Shown here one piece after another: positions 26,928-38,899 of a stretch of 64,000 nucleotides of DNA. A program made the position numbers and the translations under genes. Positions within the stretch are counted from its first letter, which is position 1. Every line of letters starts with the position of its first letter. A model generated the notes under the pieces. The model made no database searches, was not told where the DNA came from, and saw nothing but the letters and a program-made list of their open reading frames with translations. The stretch comes from Massalongia carnosa (taxonomy: Eukaryota), in assembly GCA_965645245.1 (NCBI GenBank), contig OZ287069.1:558001-622000 (forward strand). Direction: 5' to 3'.

Positions 26928-28738
26928 ATGGCGCCACAATTTCCCTCCATCCAATCGTTTTTCAAACCCAACATGCCTATTTCTCCAACTCCAGCCAAGG
27001 GTCCGCTAGCAAGAACTGGCGACGGGTTTACGCCCGAAGAGGTTGAGTTGACGTTGAAACCCACCCTACACAAATGGCAGCCTCGTGGCGTCTACCTCGA
27101 AGTCGACATTGGAAACTTGGAGTCGGGACCAGGTTGTTTTACGGTGATGGGAAGAGTGGTGAACATGCGAGATGAGAAGCACTCGAGCAAGGCGCCAAAT
27201 GCTGCCAAAGGCTGCCTTAAACTTATTGTTAAAGACAACACCGGAGTCCTTTGTGTAGGTTTCCTGCACATAAGTCGCGGGGATGCTGAATGAAACCCTC
27301 GTAGGTCAATCTCTGGTACACAAAAGTTGACTACCAAATATGTCTCGGCCACCTAATATCTATTTGGACACACCACGTGGCGAATGCCGAATCCTCTTCG
27401 TTGACCTTGAAGGGTGCCTTGCTGAAGACTTCAATCTTTCCTGAACGAGACAATAGCTGTTACCTCTTGGTGCAGAAGAACAGTGATGATGGAACACTGT
27501 GCAAGGTCCCGCACAACTACAAGGTAGGAAAACAACTCGCGGGACTCATGACGCTGAAGAACCTGGTCGAAGGTGGACACGATGTTGTTGAAGGAAAGGT
27601 GCTGGTATGCGTAAAGAGTATTGGAGGGAAAAGGAAGGGTAGGTCTTGTGTTACCGGAATCACTCCGTTACTTCTGATGAAAGGGCAGTCAAATCAAAGA
27701 GAGGCAACCAAGTGGAGAAGATCGACGTCAAAATCTTTGACGATACTACCGAAGCAACTCTTACCCTATGGGGTTGCCTCACTAACTCGGCGAGCTCTTG
27801 GAAAACATCTCACACAGTCCTGTTGTTGACAAATCCAGGAGCAGGAGAAAACTCTCGCGCCACAGTGTTGCTGACCGATACAAGCTACGTCGACGTTGAC
27901 CCTTGTATGACCGATGCGGTTTGGCTGCGAGAATTTGCGCAGCGGTTGACCAAAAGGGAGCATGTTAATCAGCCGTACTCTGAAAACGGTAGGAAGCCGG
28001 TGTGTGGAGAAACTAAGGCTAACACCAGCAGCGTTCAATGTGGACGAGGCGGAGTCATCGGAGCTTAGGATACTTTTTACCTTAGCCGACATTGATGAGT
28101 TGTAAGACGAGACTTTTCGATTTTCGATCACCCCTGACCATATATGCAGTGTTCGAGCTGCTCCAAAAGGTGATAAAATATCTATTGCCATGGATATACT
28201 GCTCACACCAGGTTTAAGAGCGTTTCATGGGATATCTCAGTGTTACAATCATGGAACTCAACATAGGTAACCTCCATCAACGAAACAAGATGTTCTGCGA
28301 CGAGTGGTCTGTTACCACCCGGCCTGGCACGAGAAGAAAAGCCACTCTTCTAACACCGTATTCCTAGCTGTGGAGTCCCAATCTTCGCCAACTCAACGAA
28401 TGCCAAATGCAAGCAATGCGAAAAATCCCTCACCCTGCGGATAAACCCTCGTTTGGTCCGCACCTCCCTTCCTCTCAACCTGCTTCTGTCCTAACCCCGC
28501 ACGCCAAAAGGTCGGCACCCTCGTCGATGAAACGGGCGCCATTAGCAGCGGCAAGCTCGTGTGGTCGCCCGATGCCTGGGAACAGCTGCTTGGCCGCACC
28601 GCGGCGGAACTGGCGGGGTGCAGCACCACGCTGCTGAAGTACCTGGAGCACCGGCTCTTGTTCTTGCGGCTGTCGCTGCTGTTCGGGTGGGCGGACGAGG
28701 CGGGGAAGTTGGCTGTTTGCCGCGTTTTGATTCACTAA
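26928..28738 (+). CDS. Multi-OB-fold ssDNA-binding protein, MEIOB/RPA1-like, with a Cys4 motif in the C-terminal OB fold
   Basis: Eight exons splice in frame: 26928-27254, 27305-27638, 27689-27988, 28032-28101, 28150-28169, 28219-28306, 28368-28455, 28511-28738. OB-fold strands GRVVN, LIVKDNTG, IFDDTTEATLTLWG, LVDETG...AWEQLLG; ECC...CKQC motif. MEIOB orthology is inferred from recalled motifs. Confidence 0.8.
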
Positions 28739-29305
28739 TATAGGCCCCATCTACTGTGAATGCTTCCTTGATTGTGTCGCGGGCATTATTTCTCGTCGCT
28801 GTACTCAAGAGTAAGTAGCTATCTTGTGGATACCATCCATCCATCCATCTATAAGGCGGGAAATCCAGCATTTACGAATTAGCCCACGTAAGACCCTCTT
28901 AAGAGAGTTTATCTAGCTCGACGGAGTTTTCCTCCTTCTCGTTTGTCCCTAATTCGAGGAATCCGAAACCCTCTAAGGAATACATAGGAGCCGGTTATAA
29001 AGAGGAGAGATAAGAAAGGACCGCCCCTCATGATGAAAATGAAAGTGTAAGTTCGTTTGGGTTTGTTTGACTTATCGGTAGAGAAGAGGTTTGGCGGCGC
29101 TGGCCATTTGGGTTGATTGGACTAATTGATCGAATGGATCTATCTATGCAGCGCGTATGCATGCATGTGCTCGGAGGGATGGGGGTTGGTTTGAGCAGTG
29201 AGTCAACTAACCATGCTACCAATCTCTTCCTCAGTCAAAACAACTATGCAATCTCCATCTCCCAAGCCCCCAACCCTCACCTTGTCCCCCCCTCCGGGGC
29301 AACCC

Positions 29306-29975
29306 TCACCTCCGAAACACCCACATCGGAAATGCCCCCAACTTAACTCTCCCCTCTCCTAACGTCCTCCGCTCGCCCTCTCTCACCAAGCCCATCAGCT
29401 CATAACTCAACGGGCGATAGCCGACCGCGAACCGGAGACACGCGCAGCACGCGCGCCAACTTAGTCAAATACGCGTTCCCCGGTCCGCGTGCTGATACCA
29501 GACGTCCTCGTCAGCGGGGACGCGCATGTAGCCCGGCGGTGGCGGGTGCACGGGGCCGTGGGTGAGGATGTGGCAGAGGGCGAGGGCGCCGACAACCCAG
29601 ACTTCGCCGCGGGCGGTGGAGAGAGGGAGTTCGGGCGGGAGCCAGTTCAGGGTCCCGATGTAGTGTTTCACGTTTTGGAAATCGGCTTCGAGTTTTTGCG
29701 TCGCGATGCCCTGGTGTGGACGGAGTGGGGAGAGGGGGGTGGTTAATTTTTTCAAAGGAGGGGGGTTGCTGAGGGTGGGGACTTACGAAGTCTGCTAGGA
29801 CGACTTTGGGGTAAGCGGATGGATAGTCAGTTAAGTTGGCGTCAGTGGTATAGAAGGGGTAATGCAGGTAGATCAGGGCATGTTAATCGACCCAGGGCGT
29901 AGTGCGGAAGAAGACATTCGGAGGCTTAATGTCACGGTGGAGGATTAATGGCCAATCGCGCTGGTCCTTGGGCAT
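29306..29975 (-). pseudogene. Truncated Ser/Thr protein kinase pseudogene (C-lobe only)
   Basis: The minus strand reads ILHRDIKPPNVF (catalytic loop), in-frame TAA at 29883-29885, KVVLADF|G split by a GTAAGT...CAG intron, GTLNWLPPE, ARGEVWVVGA, TGA at 29465-29467, then CLRF...RPLSYEL. No N-lobe is recognisable upstream. Confidence 0.8.
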
Positions 29976-32000
29976 TTTCTATCTCGTAGGTATGTTCAAG
30001 TGGTTGCGTTACTCTCTTTCGTCGCCCTGCCGGTCGTTTGTAGATTGTTTCGAAACGCCACGGGTCGTCCATCCTTGCGGTGAGCTGGTGTGTACTCGTC
30101 GGTGGTTGAGAGTAGGAAAGCGTACCCAGCTATTTGTAGTTTTCATTAGTACGGACTCATGTCGTTGATATCAATCAACTAATTTTCTCGATGACTAGAA
30201 CTTCTTGCACCGAGAACGTGAATATTCATATTACTCTTTCATGAGGGGAAGCTTCTGTAATTTCTTTCTTCCTCCCAGCTTCCACTATTCGACTTTGGCA
30301 CCCCCAGGCTCAAAGAATCAGAATAGGGGTAAACATCATGCAGTAAAAAAAATCGGCATCGTCTCGGTGACTAAACCATGCTAGGACTCTTCTCGGCAGC
30401 AATGGATCATCAAGACAAAAACGGCGAATCACAGAAAGACACAAGAACAGAATCTCCACTCAGCATAAGCGAACACGAGTAGTTGAAAGCTGAGGAAGTG
30501 CTTCGCAAAACCGGTTAAAGTTCAAGTCTGTCTCACAACAACCCGTCACATACTGGCAATCAAGACAACAGCAAAGTTTCGCAATTCTTTCAGGAGGTCA
30601 ATGCCTTCGACACCGTAAGATCAAGTATGCCCTCTCAACGCTGTTGGACCGCGTCTGTGGGCCACCCAAAAGGCAAGCTCCAGGACCGCGGTGAATGCTT
30701 CCTTAAAGGTATCGTTTGTCTCAGAGTTACGGCAGGCATTTGAAGTGGACTGCCTCGCCTCATTGGAATGCATTCTGAATAGAATAATATTTTCGGTAAG
30801 AAGGGGAAACATTAACGCTAGCATCCGTGTCAACAGAGGTATGAGCTGGGCGGGAAAGAACTCTTGTGACAAGCTGACCTTGCTTTGCACATTTGCGTTC
30901 CCTTTACTTAAACATATTGTGCCATTCTGTAGGCATGCTGTCATTTCTCGGTAAAACCGCGCATTGATGGATTCACCACGCCACGCTGGCGGTCATCAAG
31001 TCTAGAAATCCTGCGAGGCTCCTCCCCCAAGACTGATTCCAAGGAAAGTTTCGGTAGATCTGAGATCCAGGTTCTTTATCTCAACCACGCACATCTTAGC
31101 GGCAAGCTATTTTCCCTAATCAGGCCGGCGAGGGTGACAATGGCGGAAATGGGTGGATGAGGTTGGTGGAGGTGAAGGTGCCGTTCATGAGGGATCGGTT
31201 ATGTGGACGACATGTGACTAGGAAACGAGGATAACCGAAAGCGCCACTATCACTGGATCATTGTTCAGCCGCCATCCTTGTCAATGTGGCGCAACCGGAG
31301 GCGTTGCCGCGTCCGCCAACTCCATCTCAGCTGAACTATGCATTTACACAATCACTCCTCCCGTTATGAGAAAAGTAACGCCTAATCCTAACCCGGGTTC
31401 CAACAGCGTACATCCCAGGTAAATACTGCCGATTCGACGCTCCAGCACATCGACGCCAGCACACTCTAGGCCTCTTTGATATTGTGTCTCTCCTGGCCGT
31501 CTCATTTCGTTCAATCGCACGCCATTGGAGCCGAGCGTTTGTCTCGCTCGGCCCTAACCCCGCATTGGAGCATGACTTGAGAGCACTACTTCCCTCGAGG
31601 CTTGCAACCTTCATAGCTGAACGAAACCGATGGATGAGGACCTACGCCATCACGTGGGCCTCTTGGCGTCTGCTTTAGGCTTCATTACCCGTACAGGCGC
31701 GATTGCTGTCATGAAGGCCTGATTTAGACATCGCAAGTGAGGTGATTAGATAGTGCGGTGTCTTGCGCCGTGAAGGAAGAGAGCTGTCATGTTATTGCAT
31801 GGAGAGAACTCTATCGGTCAGGCGAAGAAGAGGGTTTGTTGGGTGTTGCGTGGATGGTGACCATTTTATTATATTACGCTCCGTGTGAAGGAGGTTTCTG
31901 TCAACCTTTCAGATCTGCAAGTCTTTCACGCATGCTCTATCGTGTCACTAAGAGGGCCCCTTGTGTTTAAGCTTAGTTAGAAGGGACCTTCACTATCAGA

Positions 32001-32477
32001 ATGCCCGCCGTTTCATACGCATCCCAAGATGCGCAGACGTCCTCTCGGCGGTTCTTAATATCACCTCTTTCGCCATGGACCGTCCTCCAAGTCCGTCTAG
32101 CCCTCTTCCTCCTTCTCGGATTTTCTGTCGCCGGGCTTGTCCTCCTGCGCCGCTTCATCAACCACAAAGCAAGACGATCGCTACGGCCTACACAGAGCCA
32201 GATTACCCCGCCGGCGCTAAAGAAGACTGATACGCTAGAATCAACATGGCCACCGGCCAGCCTTGTCGCCCTAGCTCCAGAATCCAATAATCTGCCCACG
32301 CCCACAATCCGGCGAACTTCGCCCCCATCCGCCGACCCAGTTCCCTCGTCCCCTCAAACGTTCCAACGGTCAAAAACCAAGTCGTGGCCGACGTCGGGCG
32401 GGTTGCTACGCAGGGAGACGATGGAGGAGGTGAATGGGTGTAGGAGGCACGTGATGGTTTTTGGAAGACAAGGGTAA
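32001..32477 (+). CDS. Small hypothetical single-pass membrane protein
   Basis: 158-aa ORF with a hydrophobic segment LALFLLLGFSVAGLVLL followed by RR, a Pro/Ser-rich middle and a C-terminal RRETMEEVNGCRRHVMVFG block that looks like a conserved fungal motif. Confidence 0.55.
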   Translation: MPAVSYASQDAQTSSRRFLISPLSPWTVLQVRLALFLLLGFSVAGLVLLRRFINHKARRSLRPTQSQITPPALKKTDTLESTWPPASLVALAPESNNLPTPTIRRTSPPSADPVPSSPQTFQRSKTKSWPTSGGLLRRETMEEVNGCRRHVMVFGRQG

Positions 32478-34095
32478 CTGGGTTAGATGAGCTAGGAGCC
32501 TGGAATTTTGGGGCTGTAGGTCTACTACACATGGTGCTAGCCACAAGCAGTTGGACAAAGGGTTTTTGTTTAAATTATGATGAACGCGGATTTTTTCTTA
32601 GCATTTTGTGCCGAACACCACGAGGTCATGGTCATACATACTAAATTCTATACTCTCATCCAATCTACCTCATCCCCGACCTTTTGTTCCCCTTCGCTCC
32701 TTTTCCCTTTATGGTTGTCTTCCCTAGTCTTCCCTAGCTCGTCATCATGTCCTCTGCTGATAGTCAGAACCTTCTTCCTTCCTTCCTTTCTTCGTTCTCC
32801 TTATTTTTTTCTCTCATCCATTCGCCTTTTCCTAGCCTATTCTCGTTTCCCGTTCCCGCATCGTCAATCGAACAGCAACTTAACTCTTTCATTCATTCCT
32901 TTGATAACAAGTACGATAAATACAACAACATGTCCCTCTTCCCCTTTCCTTTCCTTTCCTCTCCTCTCCTTTCATTCTATACGAAGGTCTTACTTACTTA
33001 CTACCCATCTACCTACATACATCCCCCACCCTTCCCCACATTCCCCTCTACATCCTCTACCCATCAACAATAAGCCGACAAACCTACGTACCAACCCTAT
33101 CTCTGAATCCATGTTCCCGTTCGTAGCTAAGATCCGGGGAGCTTTTCGATTCGGGAGACCTCCCTGTACCCGTCTAGTCTAGTCTAGTCTATTCGCTCAT
33201 TTATTCATCTATCTAGGTATGTATGTATGTATACACTTTTGGGAAAGCAAGGAGGTTTCTTTTTCATCTTCTATTTTTGGTTCGAATTTTCCTTCGTCAA
33301 CTCCATTACAGACGGACAGAGTCTTTCCCCCACCCCACACATGTCTGTTCATCCAACGCTGCGAACATTCAACATTACTCCACCAAAATACCCCGCGCTT
33401 CTTGATATCCAACCTCTCCTTTTCCCCAACTCCTCCAGAATACCCATCTGCTCGAGAAAGCCATCAAGCATGGCCCCCATCCGCCCCAAAAAGGCAATGA
33501 AGTCATGCGGTCGTGGCCGCGGACACAACTCGCTTGTGGGGGATCATGACTTCAGAAGAAGATGAAGAGTAATAAGAAGTCACGAAATGACCTTCTACGA
33601 CGGAAATCGAGATTGAAAATGAAAGCGAAAGCGAAGTCGTTATGGAGCGAGGATGAAAGAAAAGAAAGGAAAACATTGCTCGCAAAAGAAGAAGTTTCTT
33701 CGAGTAAAAACCCAAATCTTGTTAAATTTACGTACCGCGAAAATAGATAAATCAACGAATCGAGGAGTGGATGGATACCTAGATAAAACAATTAACAGCA
33801 GGAGTGGCTTAATTTTTTTCCCGCCAACCACTGCTAAATAACTAAACTAGTTATTGCTGGATTTCCCCCCATCATCACCCCAACCACCACTGCCTTTTCA
33901 CATCATTACCTCAAGCTTTAAGTCATTAGCGCGGTCTCCTGTAGACAAATACTTGATGAAATTTAAACAATGGTCTACAATATCTCATCATGGATCCTCT
34001 CTTTCCCCATTTCCATTATTTGAGGAATGAACTGTATCCCCAACCTTAACCGCCTCTTTTCTTTGCCACCCCCCTCCATCCCCCACTCCCCACCT

Positions 34096-34976
34096 TTAAA
34101 GCCCCGCCTCCCCTTCTGCCAACGACCCATTCAGCACCGCGCCCTCGTGCGCCCGGGCAATATATCCGTACGCCGGCAAATACGTGTCGAGGAACGGCAG
34201 CACAGTCGCGCTGCCTGGGGTGGCGCGCCAGTCGCGCATGAGATCCATGACGACGCTGAAGAAGCCCATCAGGATGACGCCGGCGTGCTCCATGCGGCGG
34301 TTGGCGTCCGCGGCGAGCTCTTTGGAGAAGGTGCCGCTGGCTTCCGTGTTGGCGAAGACGGTGTAGCCTTCGGCGCGCAGGGAGAGAGCGAGGTAGAGTG
34401 TGCCTGTGTTATTTCGGGGTTTGGGTTAGCGGATTTAGGGGAGGAGAAAGGGAGGGGGGAACAGACAAACGTCTGTGGTGATACCGGCGAGGATGATTTG
34501 ACTTTTGCCGGTGTCTCGGACCGCTTTACGGAAGTCAGCGTTGTCCCAGGCATCGACTTCGCCGTGGCGTTTGATGAAGGAGGCGTTGGGCGCTAGCTCG
34601 ATGATTTCCTTGGGAAGGGGCCCGTTGGGATCTTCCTCCGCGCTCGTGGTGAGGATGATAGAGAGGTCGAAGAGCTTGGCAATGCCGGCGTGGGCGACGA
34701 TGTTGTTGCGGAATTCGGTAGGATTGTAGTCGCGTACCTGGATGATTTAGCGATAGGCGAGAAAGGGGATCGGGGGTTTGCGCGTACGATTTGGTATAGG
34801 CCTACTTGGAGGTCTGCCACAACGACTACCTACGCTTCTGGTTAGGGGTTAAGGGCTTGGGAAAGTACTGCATCACTTTTGTTGAGACGGACAAACTCCG
34901 GTCCAGGTGTCAGGCTTAGAGCGAGTGCAGGAACAATAGCAGAGGCAGTGGCAACGAAAGACATTGAGGCCTTCAT
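34096..34976 (-). CDS. Isochorismatase-family (YcaC-like) hydrolase with a possible signal peptide
   Basis: Exons 34976-34869, 34829-34788, 34737-34467, 34403-34096. Motifs VVADLQVGL, LTTSAEEDPNGPLPKEI, RHGEVDAWDNADF, AGITTDVC, EASGT, LMRDWR. Confidence 0.88.
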
Positions 34977-37089
34977 ATTGAGATTTTTCCGTGAGAAATT
35001 TTTGGTAGATATACAGCTAACTGCGTAGGATGAAAGCTTCTTGTCTTTTCGAAGATAAGATGCTTTGGACAAGAGCGAGGACCTCCTGCTTATATAGGCA
35101 ATGATTTTCATCATAAACCTTTGCTCTTTCTAGATGAATCCTTTACCAAGCTCCGTCGCCTCGGACGTCAACGGATGAGAAATTCTTTCCAATTCCTGAC
35201 ATACCAAAGCATCTGCGACCAAAGAACTTGGCACATTGAATCGCACGATAGTTGGGAACCGCGATGAGGTCTCATTGGCATGATTCTTGTTCTATTGTAA
35301 GCTGACAGTACATTCTCCTAAGGACTAACCACTTCCTCTACAGAGAACTGACGGCTGCTGTTGAGTTTTGGCTAATGTGGTGAAGTAAATCTTGACGAAG
35401 AAGGCTTACTCACCCATTGATAAAGATTTGGCACACCGTTAGCTGCAGATCATCCACGATTACCTAATTGCAGAACGTGCTCGGCAAATTAATTCTCTTC
35501 GGGTTAGACTTCGGGTTAACAAGCTGACTACTAGTACGCAGCTTTTCGGTAGCACTAGCCACGTTAGTCAGTTGATACGCTAATCCAAAAGAGCTTAGCG
35601 AGATAGACTAACCTGGAGGGGCTTAGACGGCTCTTAGAGCTACGCACGTGTGAGATACTCGGGCAAATTAGCAGAAGAAATGTCATCAGGGCTTGAAGCG
35701 AAGCGCCAACAGCGTTCTGCAACCCCCAAGTGACTGAAGAGCGTTACCGACAGCTGCAAGCTCCGTCATGCTTTGGCAAGCCGCCACGATCAATCCTCAT
35801 GATTTGAAAAGGCTGATAGATAGGACATGCAGCAGCTTCTGGCCGAGGTTGGGCTTAGAAACAACGCAACCACGTTGTCGAGTACAAGAATGCCATTAGT
35901 ATGATAGCGTTGTTGGGGTCTCTTCGGGTTTTGCCATACATTGCTCTCTTGCCAATCATAAGACTTGGAAATCATTCCGTTGCGATGGACATTATTTAGA
36001 CATGTTAGGTCAACGGTTTTCAAAATTAACAGAAGCAGAAAGCCCCCCCAGACAGCACAAAAGGAAGGAAACAGTTCGTTTCCTAACAGTTGGAACGCCT
36101 TTGCCGGTAACCGTCGTAGAGGCTACACAGGTGTCGGAACTCACATCGCCACCACCTTCTGGTAAGATCTGGCACGCTAACCGTCACTCTTTGGCCTCCT
36201 GCGTCCTCATACGTCACGGCATAGATTCATGCCGTTGCTCCCCCCTGAACGCTGATGCTCTGCGCCGTCAGGGCCTGAGGGGCCGTGAGGCTGCCTCCTC
36301 CTGACTTAATGCAAAGGACGTCGCCATGAAGTCTCGGCTTGGTCAAGAGACAGGCTACCGGCAAGGGTGAGGTGGGTAGTAGAACATCAAAAATTACCCG
36401 AGATACTACTTGAGGCTAAACGCCGAGCGTTGTAGCTGAACTGCATGTTATTGGGTGTTTGGTTGATGCTGAAGGTTGTAGTTATGAGCTGCGGCAGTTC
36501 ACGAACTCTCTGGAACTCGATATGGAACACGACAGATCCACCAGGTGGCGATGTCATGCTATTGGCCCCGCCTGTGGCGAAGCCGTAGATACCAGTTTAT
36601 GGATCATATGTTCTCTTTGAAAGATAGAAACTACCCGTAGTGCCGCTGAAGCAAAGGCTGTTGGTGGGGTCCAGCAGTGGCAGGGAGGGTGCCGCTGGTG
36701 GTGGGGCGATGTATCCATCTCTGCTTGAGCTGTCAGCTGATGTGTTGCTGGATGAGACCAATGCAGGCGGAGCGCCTGAAGGACCCATGAGAACAGCAGT
36801 TCCCGAAACGTTCAACGCGGCGGTAATGTCACAGGCGATGGCCACCCGGTAGCTCCGTAAGCTTTAGGTCATAATCGGGGAATGCCAGACCGTTGGTGGC
36901 ATCGTCGAGGAGCTTGCAATGCCCGCCGGGATTTGGGATGATTCTTTCGTATACTTTGTCTGCGGTTTAGTTGATGATTGGCAAAGTTATGAGTGATCTG
37001 TTCAGGGCAAAAACTGGATGATTGCACACAGCCTGGGATCATCGCCTAATTGGGTCCATCATATCATGGTGAACACATGCTTGCCATTT

Positions 37090-38133
37090 CGACAATCGGT
37101 CAATGACTGAGTGGGATGTGTTGAATGAGAAGGCAAACGAAACAATTCGATTTGATTTCGTTTGACATATGTAAAAAACTCGGACGTCATAGAATATGAG
37201 ATCCATATCCGTTCATGATCAACATACGTCAGGCATCTATCTGACCCTTTCGACTGTGTTTATCGAAATTTTTCAATCAATCAAGAATCAAATCATCATT
37301 AGAATAGTCGGTAGAACTAGTAGTCAACAAAATATCGTCATTCAGATTGTTATGTTGTGCCCACTTCTGGAGAATCAAAACTCCCGCGATAATCATCATG
37401 AAAGGAATGTTTCGTCCTTCAGCACTATTACACTCACACGAGGTGACATATTCTCTATTATCTGAATCTGTCAATAGCAAAAACTTTCTGAAGTGAGTTG
37501 ATATAACTCAATGAGCCCTGTCACAGCCAATTCGAAAGTTCGTTTCATCCATGTTCCAAATATCCTCGTCCGCTATTCCCCGCGCCTCTCGCGCAGTTCG
37601 ATATGCTTCAAAATATTCAAGCATGTCCTTCGCATTATGCGCGTGTTTTCGCTCAGCCGTCAGAGGTTTTTATTTTCGTTTGAAACATTAAGGATGACAA
37701 TCAAGGAAACGTTTGATTCAGGCATCGCTGACGTGAGGAGAAGAGATAAAGACGTTTAAATGAGCTTCTCGAAGTAGATAATTGGCAGCCCCCCGAATCA
37801 TTGAAAGCCTGGCCGATTGTTCGGCTTGATCGAGCATCTCAATATACTCACAAAGAGCCAATTCTTGTTCATCAGATAAGGCCTTGTTGGGGCCAGGTCG
37901 ACCGATGCGCGAACCCCCCTCGATAAGTCGTCTTTGAAGCGTACGAATGTCGACATCGAAATCAATGGCTACTGCGCGTATACTTCGAAATTCACCCGTG
38001 TTCCACGCGTTTATAGCATCGAAAATTTGATCCTCCTTATTAGAATAAGAATTAGACATGATGGTGATAGATGAACTCCGTGGTGAAAATGGTAGTAAAA
38101 ATGGGAAAAGTGCGTCAGTAGACTGTCGGGCAC
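37090..38133 (-). mobile_element. Decayed Fot1/pogo-family DNA transposon (transposase pseudogene, 3'-truncated)
   Basis: ORF 38059-37718 encodes psq-HTH/CENP-B-like domains (SIRAVA...RTLQRR...LSDEQELALCEYI). Downstream fragments DIWNMDETNFRIGC, NREYVTSCEC, TDYSNDDL, LIMNGYGSH and LPSHSTHPTQSL match the pogo DDE domain, with several stops and frameshifts. Putative left end TA|GTGCCCGACAG at 38133; no right TIR found. Confidence 0.85.
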
Positions 38134-38899
38134 TAGACCCTGACTCGGTTGGGGTTTATTGTTTTGGCACAATTACCATCTAGGCAAACCGAGGCGCTAT
38201 TAAACTTCGTAGGTTGAAACGAGGTTGAAACAGGAGATTGCCTGTCACTGATCTTGTCTACTGTTGGAGTAAGATGCAACATCATTAACCAGAACCCCCC
38301 TCCCCCCGCTAGGATTGGAATCCAGACTCGATCTATGAGACTAAAGGAGCGAAGACTTGCACGACCAGGTATAGCAGCCAAGCTTAGTTGGTATCTGTTA
38401 GCAACTATCTGCCTTCTTTCGAGGTATATGAGCTGGAATACAGAACCCCACTCGAGGGAACATAGACGCCTGAGAGAAACTGTCAGTACTCATGAATTAG
38501 AGGAGGATTTGAGTAGGAGTAAAAATGAACTAAGTAGTACGGTACCAGGCTTGAAGATCACAAGGTTGTGTATGTTGTTTCACTTAGCAATTGGAGTTCT
38601 TTTCAATGGATGTAAAATCGAATGTTTCCACCAGTTCGTTTGCCATTGTACCGTGTCCACTAAACAGGCTCGTGCAAAGCTTATATATAGATATAGGATA
38701 CTTGTCCTGCCTGAAAATCACCCCCCGTACTTTCACAACTGCTGTCCCTCGGAATCTTTCCCCCTTGATAAGCTGGTTCGCCGGTACAGGAACCAGTTCT
38801 AGATCCAGACTCTCACGAAAATCTTGATTATAGTTCCTCCTTCTACCTTAATGGTAATGATTCAATAACATCGAGAGCTCTTAAGGTCAATAACTTGTT

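Noticed and set aside
37224..37250. TACGTCAGGCATC as the right TIR of the pogo element
   Set aside because: It lies inside the transposase DDE coding remnant (…IDA*RMLIMNGYGSH), so it is not a terminus.
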